Origin: Eubacteriales bacterium
GTDB taxonomy: Bacteria; Bacillota; Clostridia; Oscillospirales; CAG-272
Direction of reading: 5' to 3'
DNA: 64,000 nt
Assembly: GCA_045586845.1 (NCBI GenBank)
Contig: JAZNBB010000022.1
Span: 10,382 to 74,381, forward strand
The notes beneath the pieces were generated by a model, which searched no databases, was not told where the DNA came from, and saw only the letters and a list, made by a program, of their open reading frames with translations. Below are positions 17,746 to 28,289 of the stretch, piece by piece; the stretch's first letter is position 1; each line of letters starts with the position of its first letter. Both the position numbers and the translations under genes were made by a program.

Positions 17746-20040
17746 ATGGCAAATCTGGTAATCGTGGAGTCACCCTCCAAAGCAACAACCATCAAGGGCT
17801 ATCTTGGCTCTAACTATAAGGTACTTGCCTCCAAAGGACACGTGCGCGACCTGCCCAAGAGCACGCTTGCCGTGGATATTGAGAACGGCTTTGACGCGCA
17901 TTACATCAACGTGCGCGGCAAGGGGGACCTGATCAAGGAGATCCGAAAGGAGGCAAAACATGCCACTAAGGTGTTTCTCGCGACTGACCCTGACCGCGAG
18001 GGTGAGGCAATTTCCTGGCATCTTGCGGCAGTTTTGGGTATTCCCGTCGAAAAGACCCAGCGAGTCACCTTTAACGAGGTCACAAAAACAGCAGTCAAAG
18101 CTGCCATCAAGCAGCCAAGACAGATCGATATGGATCTGGTGGATTCGCAAAGAGCTCGCCGTATAGTGGACAGAATCGTAGGCTATAAGATCAGCCCCTT
18201 GCTTTGGAAGAATGTCAAGCCGGGTCTTTCCGCAGGCCGCGTACAGAGTGTTGCCACCAAGATGATCGTGGAAAGAGAAAACGAGATCCGGGCGTTCGTT
18301 CCGGAAGAATACTGGACCATTGCGGCACAGCTGCATACCGAGGAAGGTGCACACGTACTTGCGCGATTCTGGGGCGATGAGAACGGAAAGGTCAAGCTGA
18401 CCTGTCGAGAACAAGCTGAGGCGGTTGTAAATGCCGTGCAGAACAAGCCCTTTACGGTTGCAGAGGTCAAGCGTGCAACAAGACATAAAGCTCCGGCTCC
18501 GCCCTTTACGACTTCTACAATGATGCAGGAAGCATCTCGTAAATTGGGCTTCCAATCTCAAAGGATCATGCGCGTGGCGCAGGAACTCTACGAAGGTATC
18601 AATGTAGGCGCTGAAAATGGCGGCGCACAGGGTTTGATTTCGTATATGCGTACCGACTCGTTGCGTGTTTCCGAGGAAGCGCAGAGTGCAGCATTGACGT
18701 ATATTGCCGGAAAGTATGGGGATAAGTATTGCCCGGCGACCCCCAGGACCTACAAGGTCAAGGCGGGAGCACAGGATGCGCACGAGGCCATCCGCCCGAC
18801 CAAGGTTGATCTTGAACCCGGCAAGATCCGTAAATATCTGACTACCGATCAGTACCGGCTGTACAAGCTGATCTGGGAGAGATTTGTGGCAAGCCAGATG
18901 CAGTCCGCAGAGTTGGCAACACTGAGTGTGGATTTTGATGTCGAGGGATATCTGTTCCGCACGGGCGGTTACACCGTGACTTTCCCGGGTTATATGGTCA
19001 TGTATGAGGAGACCACAGATGAAAAGGCGGATGAAAATGATCCCGATCAGATGAGCGATATCCGCCTGCCCGACATGAAAAAGGGTCAGGTATGGCAGAG
19101 CAGCGAAGTGCAGCCCGCATGCCATTTTACCGAGCCGCCCGCACGTTATACCGAGGCAACGCTTGTCAAGAATCTGGAGGAGATGGGCATCGGACGCCCC
19201 TCCACCTATCCTACCATCATCACCAATATTTCCAAGAACTACGTATCCCGCGACGGCAAATCGCTTTATCCCACCGCCTACGGTGAGGTGACCACCAAGC
19301 TTATGGAGGACAACTTCACAAGCATTGTCGATTATCGCTTTACCGCGCGCATGGAGAGCGATCTTGACTCGATCGAAAAGGGAAGCGTGGAAATGAACAG
19401 CGTGCTGGAAAAGTTCTGGAAGGATTTTGCAGGTCAGCTTGAGAGCGCAGAGCAGGCACTTGCCACCGCAAGTTATGAGTTGCCGGTGGAAAAGACCGAC
19501 ATGATCTGTGACAAGTGCGGCGCGACTATGATTGTCAAGAACGGTCGTTTTGGTAAGTTTGCCGCTTGTCCCAATTACCCCACCTGTAAGAATACCAAGC
19601 CCCTGAACGCTCCTAAGGCAGAGGCAGAGGGTGAAGCACAGACCGAGAAGAAGGTGGTCGTGGCTGATTTCAAGTGCGAAAAGTGCGGCGGTGATATGGT
19701 GCTGCGCTCGGGGCGTTACGGCAGCTTCTATGCGTGTGCAAACTATCCCGCCTGTGCGTTCACCAAGCCCAGAACCAAGGATATCGGTGTCCCTTGTCCC
19801 AAGTGCGGCAGCAAGGTGGTTATGAAGTACGGTAAGAATAAGACTGTATTCTACAGCTGTGAAAAGTACCCTGCGTGTGATTTCTCCTCCTGGGATATGC
19901 CTATTGGTGAGAAATGTCCCGACTGCGGCGGTATGCTGTTCAGAAAGAAGGGCAAGGCGCAGATCGTTTGCCACGACAAAGCCTGTGGTTACCAAAGACA
20001 GGCAACCGAGGCAGACATGACCGGTGAGGGCGAAGCATAA
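17746..20040 (+). CDS. topA: DNA topoisomerase I
   Basis: TOPRIM start LVIVESPSKA, active-site region ISYMRTDS, and four C-terminal CxxC...CxxxxxC zinc-ribbon repeats. Confidence 0.95.
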   Translation: MANLVIVESPSKATTIKGYLGSNYKVLASKGHVRDLPKSTLAVDIENGFDAHYINVRGKGDLIKEIRKEAKHATKVFLATDPDREGEAISWHLAAVLGIPVEKTQRVTFNEVTKTAVKAAIKQPRQIDMDLVDSQRARRIVDRIVGYKISPLLWKNVKPGLSAGRVQSVATKMIVERENEIRAFVPEEYWTIAAQLHTEEGAHVLARFWGDENGKVKLTCREQAEAVVNAVQNKPFTVAEVKRATRHKAPAPPFTTSTMMQEASRKLGFQSQRIMRVAQELYEGINVGAENGGAQGLISYMRTDSLRVSEEAQSAALTYIAGKYGDKYCPATPRTYKVKAGAQDAHEAIRPTKVDLEPGKIRKYLTTDQYRLYKLIWERFVASQMQSAELATLSVDFDVEGYLFRTGGYTVTFPGYMVMYEETTDEKADENDPDQMSDIRLPDMKKGQVWQSSEVQPACHFTEPPARYTEATLVKNLEEMGIGRPSTYPTIITNISKNYVSRDGKSLYPTAYGEVTTKLMEDNFTSIVDYRFTARMESDLDSIEKGSVEMNSVLEKFWKDFAGQLESAEQALATASYELPVEKTDMICDKCGATMIVKNGRFGKFAACPNYPTCKNTKPLNAPKAEAEGEAQTEKKVVVADFKCEKCGGDMVLRSGRYGSFYACANYPACAFTKPRTKDIGVPCPKCGSKVVMKYGKNKTVFYSCEKYPACDFSSWDMPIGEKCPDCGGMLFRKKGKAQIVCHDKACGYQRQATEADMTGEGEA

Positions 20041-21374
20041 TGGCTGACTATATTTCAATACTCGGCGCAGGGCTTGCAGGCAGCGAGGCTGCCTGGCAGG
20101 CTGCCGAGCGCGGCGTGAAAGTCAAGCTTTATGAAATGAAGCCGCTCAAGTACACGCCCGCGCATCACGCACCAACCTTTGGTGAGCTGGTGTGTTCCAA
20201 CTCGCTGCGCTCGGATGCTCCTTCCAACGCTATCGGACTGCTCAAGAATGAGATGCGGATGATGAATTCGTTGATCATGCAAGCAGCGGATGCGACGCGC
20301 GTGCCCGCAGGTTCGGCACTGGCTGTGGACAGGGTGCTGTTTTCCAAGTATATTACCGACCGTGTGCGCAATCATCCGAATATCGAGGTGATCGAGTGCG
20401 AATGTGACCGCCTGCCCGACGATGGCATCGCGGTCATTGCAACAGGTCCCTTGACCAGTGAGCCTATGGCGGACTTTATCCGTGAGGAGCTTGGCTGTGC
20501 GGGGTTGCACTTCTTTGATGCTGCCGCGCCCATTGTGGACGCCGAGAGCATCAATATGGATATCGCCTTTTTCGCATCCCGCTACGACAAAGGGGATGCA
20601 GACTATATCAACTGTCCCATGAACAAGGAGCAGTACGATGCATTTTACAAGGCGCTGATCTCAGCAGAAGAGGCTGCTCTCAAGGAGTTTGACCGTGAGC
20701 AGCAAAAGGACCTGACTGTTTTTGAGGGCTGTATGCCTGTGGAGGTCATGGCGCGCCGCGGCTACGATACACTGCGCTACGGCCCTTTGAAGCCCGTGGG
20801 TCTGATAGACCCGCGCGTGGGTAAGGAGTATTATGCGGTCGTGCAGCTGCGCAAGGAAAATGCGGAGGGTACCATGTACAATCTCGTGGGCTTCCAGACC
20901 CATCTGACTTTCCCCGAGCAGCGTCGCGTCTTTTGCATGATCCCCGGTCTTGAGAACGCAGAGTTTTTGCGCTACGGTGTCATGCACCGCAATACTTATC
21001 TTAATTCTCCCGGACTTTTGGGTGCGGATTACGCCATGCTTTCCTGTCCAAACGTCTATTTTGCAGGACAGATGACAGGCGTGGAGGGGTATATCGAATC
21101 AGCCGGCTCGGGTTTGGTTGCAGGCATCAACGCTGCTCGCCGCGCAAAGGGCATTGATGCGCTGATCTTCCCGCGAAAGACCATGATCGGTGCCATGGCA
21201 CAATACGTGCAGAACGGCGGCGTGAGCAGCACGTTTGTGCCCATGAATGCAAATTTCGGCATCATTGAGATGCCTGCAAAGAAGGTCAAGGGCGGCAAGG
21301 CAGCAAGAAACGCAATGATCGCCGAGACCGCAATTGCCACAATCAGAGAAATGCTGCCCGAGATAGACAAGTGA
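20040..21374 (+). CDS. trmFO: Methylenetetrahydrofolate--tRNA-(uracil-5-)-methyltransferase
   Basis: FAD fold ILGAGLAGSEAAWQ and Gid/TrmFO-like sequence throughout. Start overlaps the topA stop (TAATG). Confidence 0.9.
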   Translation: MADYISILGAGLAGSEAAWQAAERGVKVKLYEMKPLKYTPAHHAPTFGELVCSNSLRSDAPSNAIGLLKNEMRMMNSLIMQAADATRVPAGSALAVDRVLFSKYITDRVRNHPNIEVIECECDRLPDDGIAVIATGPLTSEPMADFIREELGCAGLHFFDAAAPIVDAESINMDIAFFASRYDKGDADYINCPMNKEQYDAFYKALISAEEAALKEFDREQQKDLTVFEGCMPVEVMARRGYDTLRYGPLKPVGLIDPRVGKEYYAVVQLRKENAEGTMYNLVGFQTHLTFPEQRRVFCMIPGLENAEFLRYGVMHRNTYLNSPGLLGADYAMLSCPNVYFAGQMTGVEGYIESAGSGLVAGINAARRAKGIDALIFPRKTMIGAMAQYVQNGGVSSTFVPMNANFGIIEMPAKKVKGGKAARNAMIAETAIATIREMLPEIDK

Positions 21375-21401
21375 TCTTGCCCGGACAGAGAAAGGACGCT
21401 T

Positions 21402-22121
21402 ATGAGCAATTATCCAAAGCCGACCGCGCTTTTGCAAGAGACCATCGGCTACCGCTTTGAAAATCATTCCTATCTGCAAAAGGCGCTGACGCACTCCTCT
21501 TACTCAAACGAGCAGGGAGATAAGCATCATCACCTGCTTTGCAACGAGCGACTGGAGTTTTTGGGCGACTCGGTGCTCTCGGTGGTGGTCAGCCGTTACC
21601 TATATACAGAGTACCCGAATCTTGCCGAGGGCGAGCTGACAAGGTTGCGCGCAGAACTGGTTTGCGAGCGGGCTCTTTCCTCGTTTGCCGATCAGATCCA
21701 CCTTGGCGACTATCTGCTTTTGGGCGTCGGTGAGGAGAAAAACCGCGGAAGAGAACGCAGATCCATCTTGGCGGACGCATTTGAAGCGTTGCTTGCTGCC
21801 ATTTATCTCGACGCGGGTGAACAGGGCTTGGCTCGTGTTAGCGAGCTGCTTCTGCCTTTGATCAGACAGGAAATTTCCAATGCGGGTGCGCAGGGCAGCA
21901 GCGACTATAAAACGCTTCTCCAGCAGTTCGTACAGCAGACCGAGGGCGATTTTTTGGAATATGTGACGGTCGGAGAGAGTGGACCCGATCACCAAAAGAC
22001 CTTTACTGTTGAAGCACGGCTCAATTCCAACGTGATCGGTCGCGGCGAGGGGCAATCCAAACGCCGCGCAGAGCAAAATGCTGCGCGTCAGGCACTTGAG
22101 CTGTTTGGTGTACAGCCGTGA
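21402..22121 (+). CDS. rnc: Ribonuclease III
   Basis: Signature ERLEFLGDSVL and a C-terminal dsRBD (GPDHQKTFTVEA...). Confidence 0.95.
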   Translation: MSNYPKPTALLQETIGYRFENHSYLQKALTHSSYSNEQGDKHHHLLCNERLEFLGDSVLSVVVSRYLYTEYPNLAEGELTRLRAELVCERALSSFADQIHLGDYLLLGVGEEKNRGRERRSILADAFEALLAAIYLDAGEQGLARVSELLLPLIRQEISNAGAQGSSDYKTLLQQFVQQTEGDFLEYVTVGESGPDHQKTFTVEARLNSNVIGRGEGQSKRRAEQNAARQALELFGVQP

Positions 22122-23146
22122 GCCGACACCTCAATATTCCGATTTTTATTCCGCACCTTGGATGTCCGCACCTTTGCGTGTTTTGCAATCAGCGCACCAT
22201 ATCGGGCACGCAGCATTTTGATCTCGCACAGGTAGACGCACAAATCATGCAGGCATTGACGACCACACATGAGGGCGACACGGCAGAAATTGCGTACTTC
22301 GGAGGCTCGTTTACGGGTATTGACCGCGCACTGATGTGCGATCTCTTGGACGTTGCAGAGCGGTACGTGCAAAGCCCTGCGGTGGGCAAGGCACGTGTGA
22401 GCGGCATTCGTATGTCCACGCGTCCCGACTACATTTCGAAGGAGATCCTTGCCATACTTGCGCGCTACAGCGTGCGTACGGTCGAGCTTGGCGTGCAGAG
22501 CCTCGATGATGCAGTGCTGACTGCTTCGGGGCGCGGACACAACGCTGCGTGTGCCGAGAGTGCTTGTCGTATGCTGCTGGATGCGGGTTACGAGGTGGTG
22601 GGGCAGATCATGATCGGCTTGCCGGAAAGCACTTTGCAAAGTGAGCTTTATACGGCACAGCGGCTGTGTGAGATCGGCGTGCAGAGCGCGCGCATTTATC
22701 CTACCGTAGTGTTTGCCGATACCGCTTTATGCACTATGATGCAAAACGGCAGTTATGTGCCGCTTTCACTTGACGAGGCGGTCGAACGCAGCGCGGCGAC
22801 CTTGCGCGTGTTTGAGGACTTGGGGGTGCAGGTCATTCGCATAGGTCTATGTGCATCGGATAATCTGACCGATCCCACGCTTGCGGTGGGAGGGGCAAAT
22901 CATCCCGCGCTGGGAGAGCTGGTACGCTCGCATCTTTACTACCAAAATTTGAAAAAACTGCTGTCGGAGGCGGAAGTCCCCGTGCAGCGTATTGATATTC
23001 CCGCCCGTGAGCTGTCCGTGGCGATCGGGCAGCACAGGCAAAACCTTTTACGTCTTCGGGAGCAGTTCGGTGTGCAACTGCAGATGGTGGCAAGCGATTG
23101 CCACTCTCCCCAAATCTATGAAAAGGAGAAAGAGCATTGTACTTAA
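22118..23146 (+). CDS. Radical SAM protein (ELP3-like core, function unknown)
   Basis: CxxxCxxC (CPHLCVFC) near the N-terminus. GTG start overlaps the rnc stop (GTGA). The 3' end overlaps the smc start by 10 nt. Confidence 0.75.
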   Translation: MSRHLNIPIFIPHLGCPHLCVFCNQRTISGTQHFDLAQVDAQIMQALTTTHEGDTAEIAYFGGSFTGIDRALMCDLLDVAERYVQSPAVGKARVSGIRMSTRPDYISKEILAILARYSVRTVELGVQSLDDAVLTASGRGHNAACAESACRMLLDAGYEVVGQIMIGLPESTLQSELYTAQRLCEIGVQSARIYPTVVFADTALCTMMQNGSYVPLSLDEAVERSAATLRVFEDLGVQVIRIGLCASDNLTDPTLAVGGANHPALGELVRSHLYYQNLKKLLSEAEVPVQRIDIPARELSVAIGQHRQNLLRLREQFGVQLQMVASDCHSPQIYEKEKEHCT

Positions 23147-26100
23147 AATCGATTGAATTACAAGGCTTTAAGTCCTTCCCGGACAGAACCAAGCTGGTCT
23201 TTGATAACGGCATGGTAAACGAGCAGGCGGGTGTGACCGTCATCGTCGGTCCCAACGGAAGCGGCAAGTCCAATATCGCGGACGCAATGCGTTGGGTACT
23301 GGGTGAGATCTCGTCTAAAACGCTGCGCGGTGCCAAGATGGAGGACGTTATTTTCGGCGGTGCGGACAGCCGTCGTCCCATGGGCTATGCAGAGGTGTCG
23401 GTCACCTTTGATAACACCGGAGATTTTGCAAAACTGGATTGTCCTTACGACGAAGTGACGGTTACCAGACGCTACTTCAGACAGGGAGAGAGTGAATATT
23501 TCATCAACCGCCGTGCGGTCAGACTGCGCGACATTTACGAGCTGTTCATGAATACGGGTATCGGTCGTGACGGTTACTCGATCATCGGCCAAGGGCGAAT
23601 TGCCGAGATGGTATCGCGTAAGAGTGACGAACGCCGCAGTACGTTTGAGGATGCTTCGGGTATTGCAAAGTTCCGCCACAAGAAGAATGAGGCGGAGCGA
23701 AAGCTCGCCAAAGCAGAGGAGAATATGGTGCGCATTATGGACGTGTTTTCCGAGGTGCAGGCGCAGGTCGGTCCGCTTGAAAAGGAAGCGGGCAAGGCAA
23801 AGCGTGCTCTGGAGCTGATGGAGTCTAAAAAGCGTGCAGACGTCAGCTTGTGGCTGTATGATACCGAACGTTTCCGCAACGAGATCGGTGTGGCAGAGGA
23901 TGCGCTCAAGCACTCGGCATTTGATCTGCAAACGGCTGAGGACGCGCTGCAGGGTATGGAGATGCAGAACAACCGTCTTTTTGAGGCATCACAGTCTAAC
24001 AAAATGGCTTCCGAGCAGCTGCTGACGCAGATACGTGAGCAGACCCAGGAGAACCATACGTTGGACAGCGAATTCCGCGTGACCGAGAGCAATATCGCAC
24101 ACACCAAGGAGCTGATCGAGGCAGCAGGCTCTTCCATGGCACTCTCGCAAAAGAACATGGAGCAGGAGCAGGCAGCCTGCGGCGAGCATTCCGCGCGTAT
24201 TCTCGCACTTGCCGAGCAGAGCGCAGCGCTTGAAAAGGAGCAGGGAGAGATCGCGGATGAGATCCGCACCACCCGTTCAAAGATCGCGGTGCTGGAGGCT
24301 GACATTGCCACAGCGCTTGCGGATATCCGCGAGGCTGAGGCTGAGGCAACCGACATTCGTGTACGTATCTCGGTGTTGGAGAATGCCAAGAACAGCGGCA
24401 GCGACCGCAACAGCGACATTCTTGCCGATATGGAGACCTACGAAAATGCTGACCGTGCTTTGCAAAAGCAGAGCGTCGACAAGCAAAAGACGGTTACCGA
24501 CTATCAGAAAGCGATCGACGAAGCAACGGCGGAGATCGAGGACTACAATAAAAAACTTGTCGAGCTGAACGCTATGTTTGGTGAGCTTTCGGAACAGATC
24601 AATGCACAAAGACTGCGCCGTGATTCGGCACAGCAGAGAATACAGACCTTCAAGCATATGGAAGAGAGCTTTGAAGGATATGCCAACAGCGTGCGTTTCG
24701 TTATGAATCGCTACGCAGAGGGCAAAATTACAGCTCCGGGCGGTATGCCTGTGGGAAAGATTTACGGTCCGCTTTCCAAGGTGGTCAGCGTGGACGAAAA
24801 GTACGTTACCGCCATCGAGACTGCATTGGGTGCAAACCTGCAGCATATTGTGGTAGACGATGAGGAGACTGCTAAGGCGGCTATGTATGCACTCAAGAAA
24901 GGCGAGGCAGGCAGAGCGACCTTCTTCCCCCTGACCTCCATGCGCCCCTCGACTTCCACACCCGAAATGCGTGATGCATCGGGCTATCGCGGCTATATCG
25001 CGGTTGCCGACACACTGCTTGATTGTGACGATAAATTCCGTGATGTAGTGTCCTCGCTGATCGGCAGAACCGTGGTCTTTGATAATATTGACAACGCTAC
25101 CGCAATGGCAAAGGCGTTGCGTTACCGTGTGCGCGTGGTTACTCTGGACGGACAGCAGATCAACATGGGCGGTTCGTTTACGGGCGGTTCGGTACGCCAA
25201 GGAGCAAGTGTGCTGGGCAGAGCGGCAGAGATCAAGCGATTGGAAGAGACTTGCGCCGCTTGCGACAAGGAACTTTCAAAGCTGCAAAAAGAGGCGGACA
25301 AGCAAAAGCAGGACATCCGCAATACAACTGAGGACAAGGCATCTTGTGAGGACCGCAAAGAGCTGCTGGGTGTACTGATGAGCACCGAGAACGCACAGCT
25401 TGAGCAGATCAACGCAAAGATCGAGGCAAACGCAACCTTGCTTGAAAAGATGCGACAGGACTACGAGCAGATCATTGCCATGAGCGAGAGGTATGAAGAG
25501 GACCTTGCGATCTTGCAGGCAGACGAGCGCAGAGCTGTTACGGTGGTAAACGAGATCACCGCGTTGCGTCAGAAGAAGGACGAGCAGCGTCTTGACCTTG
25601 AGGATCACGTGGCGGATCTCAACGACCGTATGACATCCGTGATCATCAAGATCAGCGAGACTGTCAAGGATACCGAGACCGAGCATACGCTGCTGAGCGT
25701 TTGCCGTACCCGTGTTGACCTGTATGCCGACGAGATCCGCGCGGCACGCGAGCGCATCATTTCGCTGGAAGACATGATCGAGGGATACACGGTATTCCAG
25801 GCGGATAACAGACAAAAATACGCAGAGGGACAGGAAAAGCTGCAACAGCTCAATGCCAAGCGTGCCGAGATCGAGAGCGACAGCATGGACTTTGAGAAAA
25901 AGCTCAACGAAATGACTGCCCGTATGCGCGAGAAGATGAACCATAAAGAGATCATTTTCCGCGAATATACCAAGTGCGAGAACAAGCTCAATAATCTGCG
26001 TGATGAGTTGGATAAGCTTTCAAGCAAGCTATGGGACGATTACGAAATGACCAGAGCCGATGCGGTCGCTCTCGGCTATCCCGCTATCACGCCCGAAAAC

Positions 26101-26790
26101 CGCCGCGAGACGGTACAGCTGCAGACCGAATGTCGTAACAAGCTGCGCGCCATCGGTCATGTGGACCTGGGTGCGGTAGAAAAATACCAGGATATCAAGA
26201 AGAGATACGACGAGATGAACGAGCAGATCACCGATCTGGAAAAATCCAAAGCGGAGACGCAAAAGATCATTGCCGAGTTGGAGGCAGAGATGAAGGCTGT
26301 CTTTGTCGAGTCCTTCAACCAGATCAACGAGAATTTCGGTAAAGTCTTTGCCGAACTGTTCGGTGGCGGTTCCGCCGAGCTGTCTTTGTCCGATCCCGAG
26401 AACATTTTGGAGTCGGGTATCGAGATCAAGGCAGCCCCTCCCGGAAAGATCATCAAGAATTTGATGCAGCTTTCGGGCGGTGAGCAGGCGTTTATTGGCG
26501 TTGCGCTGTTCTTTGCAATCCTTAAGGTCAACCCCACGCCGTTCTGTATTCTCGACGAGATCGAGGCGGCGCTGGACGAGGTCAACGTGGAAAGACTTGC
26601 ACAGTACATAAAGAAATACACCGACGGCACCCAGTTCATTATGATCACGCACCGCCGCGGTACAATGGCTGCTGCCACCACACTGTACGGCGTCACCATG
26701 CCCGAACACGGCATTTCCAAGGTGCTGACGCTGGACGTTAATGATATTGAAAAGCAAAAGGAGAGCAACTGGGATGGCATTTTTGGATAA
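23137..26790 (+). CDS. smc: Chromosome segregation protein SMC
   Basis: 1217 aa with Walker A GPNGSGKSN, long coiled coils, a hinge (GRATFFPL), signature LSGGE and Walker B ILDEIEAALD. TTG start after aaggag. Confidence 0.95.
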   Translation: MYLKSIELQGFKSFPDRTKLVFDNGMVNEQAGVTVIVGPNGSGKSNIADAMRWVLGEISSKTLRGAKMEDVIFGGADSRRPMGYAEVSVTFDNTGDFAKLDCPYDEVTVTRRYFRQGESEYFINRRAVRLRDIYELFMNTGIGRDGYSIIGQGRIAEMVSRKSDERRSTFEDASGIAKFRHKKNEAERKLAKAEENMVRIMDVFSEVQAQVGPLEKEAGKAKRALELMESKKRADVSLWLYDTERFRNEIGVAEDALKHSAFDLQTAEDALQGMEMQNNRLFEASQSNKMASEQLLTQIREQTQENHTLDSEFRVTESNIAHTKELIEAAGSSMALSQKNMEQEQAACGEHSARILALAEQSAALEKEQGEIADEIRTTRSKIAVLEADIATALADIREAEAEATDIRVRISVLENAKNSGSDRNSDILADMETYENADRALQKQSVDKQKTVTDYQKAIDEATAEIEDYNKKLVELNAMFGELSEQINAQRLRRDSAQQRIQTFKHMEESFEGYANSVRFVMNRYAEGKITAPGGMPVGKIYGPLSKVVSVDEKYVTAIETALGANLQHIVVDDEETAKAAMYALKKGEAGRATFFPLTSMRPSTSTPEMRDASGYRGYIAVADTLLDCDDKFRDVVSSLIGRTVVFDNIDNATAMAKALRYRVRVVTLDGQQINMGGSFTGGSVRQGASVLGRAAEIKRLEETCAACDKELSKLQKEADKQKQDIRNTTEDKASCEDRKELLGVLMSTENAQLEQINAKIEANATLLEKMRQDYEQIIAMSERYEEDLAILQADERRAVTVVNEITALRQKKDEQRLDLEDHVADLNDRMTSVIIKISETVKDTETEHTLLSVCRTRVDLYADEIRAARERIISLEDMIEGYTVFQADNRQKYAEGQEKLQQLNAKRAEIESDSMDFEKKLNEMTARMREKMNHKEIIFREYTKCENKLNNLRDELDKLSSKLWDDYEMTRADAVALGYPAITPENRRETVQLQTECRNKLRAIGHVDLGAVEKYQDIKKRYDEMNEQITDLEKSKAETQKIIAELEAEMKAVFVESFNQINENFGKVFAELFGGGSAELSLSDPENILESGIEIKAAPPGKIIKNLMQLSGGEQAFIGVALFFAILKVNPTPFCILDEIEAALDEVNVERLAQYIKKYTDGTQFIMITHRRGTMAAATTLYGVTMPEHGISKVLTLDVNDIEKQKESNWDGIFG

Positions 26791-27682
26791 ATTAAAGGCA
26801 GGACTCAAAAAGACCAAAGATGCGCTGTTCGGCAAGGTGCATGACGTACTTTCTAACTTTGTCCGTGTGGACGAGGATATGTTAGACGAGCTGGAGGAGC
26901 TGCTGATCGAAGCAGACGTGGGAGTAGGTGCGACCGAGGAGATCATGGACGAGCTGCGCGACCGTATCAAGGACGGCAGGATCAAGGAAAAAGAGGATGT
27001 GCTGAGTGCACTGCAGGAAATGCTGACCGATATGATCGGCGAGGGCGGTGAACTGAACCTGTCGACCACTCCTTCGGTGATTCTGGTCATCGGTGTAAAC
27101 GGCGCAGGCAAGACCACCTCGATCGGTAAGATATCCAACAGATTGCGCGCACAGGGCAAGCACGTCGTGGTTGCGGCAGCGGATACTTTCCGCGCAGCAG
27201 CCATTGATCAGCTGCAGGTGTGGTGTGATCGCGCAGGTGTGGAGATGGTGCGACAGAACGAGGGCAGCGATCCTGCTGCTGTGGTATTTGACGCAATCAA
27301 CTATGCAAAGAAGAAGAAAGCCGACGTGCTGATCATCGACACAGCGGGCAGACTTCACAACAAGACAAATTTGATGAACGAGCTGGCTAAGATCAATCGT
27401 GTCATTGACCGTGAGCTGCCGGGTGCGGCTCGAGAGAATCTCTTGGTGCTTGATGCCACCACGGGTCAGAACGCCATTATGCAGGCCAAGGAGTTTGGCA
27501 AGGCTGCCAACATCACGGGTCTGACGCTCAACAAGCTGGACGGCACCGCAAAGGGCGGTATCGTGCTGTCCATCAAGCGAGAGCTGGGCATTCCGGTCAA
27601 GTTTATCGGCGTGGGCGAGAAGATCGACGATATGCAGGAATTTCACGCAAATGAATTTATCAAGGCACTTTTTGAACAATAA
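26774..27682 (+). CDS. ftsY: Signal recognition particle receptor FtsY
   Basis: GVNGAGKTTSIGK, DTAGR, LNKLDGTAKGG. The ATG at 26774 follows aaggagag and lies within the last 17 nt of smc. Confidence 0.9.
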   Translation: MAFLDKLKAGLKKTKDALFGKVHDVLSNFVRVDEDMLDELEELLIEADVGVGATEEIMDELRDRIKDGRIKEKEDVLSALQEMLTDMIGEGGELNLSTTPSVILVIGVNGAGKTTSIGKISNRLRAQGKHVVVAAADTFRAAAIDQLQVWCDRAGVEMVRQNEGSDPAAVVFDAINYAKKKKADVLIIDTAGRLHNKTNLMNELAKINRVIDRELPGAARENLLVLDATTGQNAIMQAKEFGKAANITGLTLNKLDGTAKGGIVLSIKRELGIPVKFIGVGEKIDDMQEFHANEFIKALFEQ

Positions 27683-27684
27683 TT

Positions 27685-28287
27685 ATGAAGATCGTACTTG
27701 CATCACACAATAAGCACAAGATAAGCGAGCTGAAGAGAATCCTCTCACAATCCATACCCGAGGTCGAGGTGTTCTCGCTTGACGAGGTGGGCTTGACCGA
27801 TGACATTGAGGAAAACGGCACCACCTTTGCCGAGAACGCTACCATTAAGGCGCGCGCTGCCGCAGAGAGTGGCTATATTGGCGTGGGTGATGATTCGGGC
27901 TTGGAAGTCAACGCGTTGGGCGGTGCACCCGGCATCTATAGCGCAAGATACGCGGGCGAGCACGGCGACGACGAGGCAAACAATCAGCTGCTTTTGAAGA
28001 ATATGGAGAACGTGCAGGACAGAAGCGGCGCATTCGTTTGCGCGATCGCGTGCGTGTTCCCCGAGGAGCTGAATACCGCGCACGTGTTCCTTGGCAAGAC
28101 CGAGGGTGAAATTCTGCGCGAATACAGGGGTAACACCGGCTTTGGCTATGATCCCTTGTTCTACTACGCCCCCATGGGCAAATCCTATGCCGAAATGACG
28201 GCAGACGAGAAAAACGGCATCAGCCATCGCGGCAGAGCCATGCAGCTGCTGGTTGATTTTTTGGCAAAGAACAATAACGGAGATTGA
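27685..28287 (+). CDS. rdgB: Non-canonical purine NTP pyrophosphatase (RdgB/HAM1)
   Basis: SHNKHKISE, DDSGLEV, GFGYDPLF, ISHRG motifs. Confidence 0.9.
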   Translation: MKIVLASHNKHKISELKRILSQSIPEVEVFSLDEVGLTDDIEENGTTFAENATIKARAAAESGYIGVGDDSGLEVNALGGAPGIYSARYAGEHGDDEANNQLLLKNMENVQDRSGAFVCAIACVFPEELNTAHVFLGKTEGEILREYRGNTGFGYDPLFYYAPMGKSYAEMTADEKNGISHRGRAMQLLVDFLAKNNNGD

Positions 28288-28289
28288 CT

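Noticed and set aside
17770-20058. 762-aa ORF antisense to topA. Similar long antisense ORFs occur at 504-1865, 23574-24419, 24277-25200, 26029-27204, 35380-36600, 55083-55691 and 62906-63832.
   Set aside because: Each exactly mirrors a well-supported gene on the other strand. They have no RBS, no recognisable motifs and an odd composition rich in Cys, His, Arg and Leu. Stop-poor antisense frames are expected in GC-rich codon-biased genes.
23137-23300. A six-residue insertion (MVNEQA) just before the SMC Walker A, compared with my memory of B. subtilis SMC.
   Set aside because: The comparison is from memory only. It is a short, in-frame, surface-loop-type difference with no independent support for significance.
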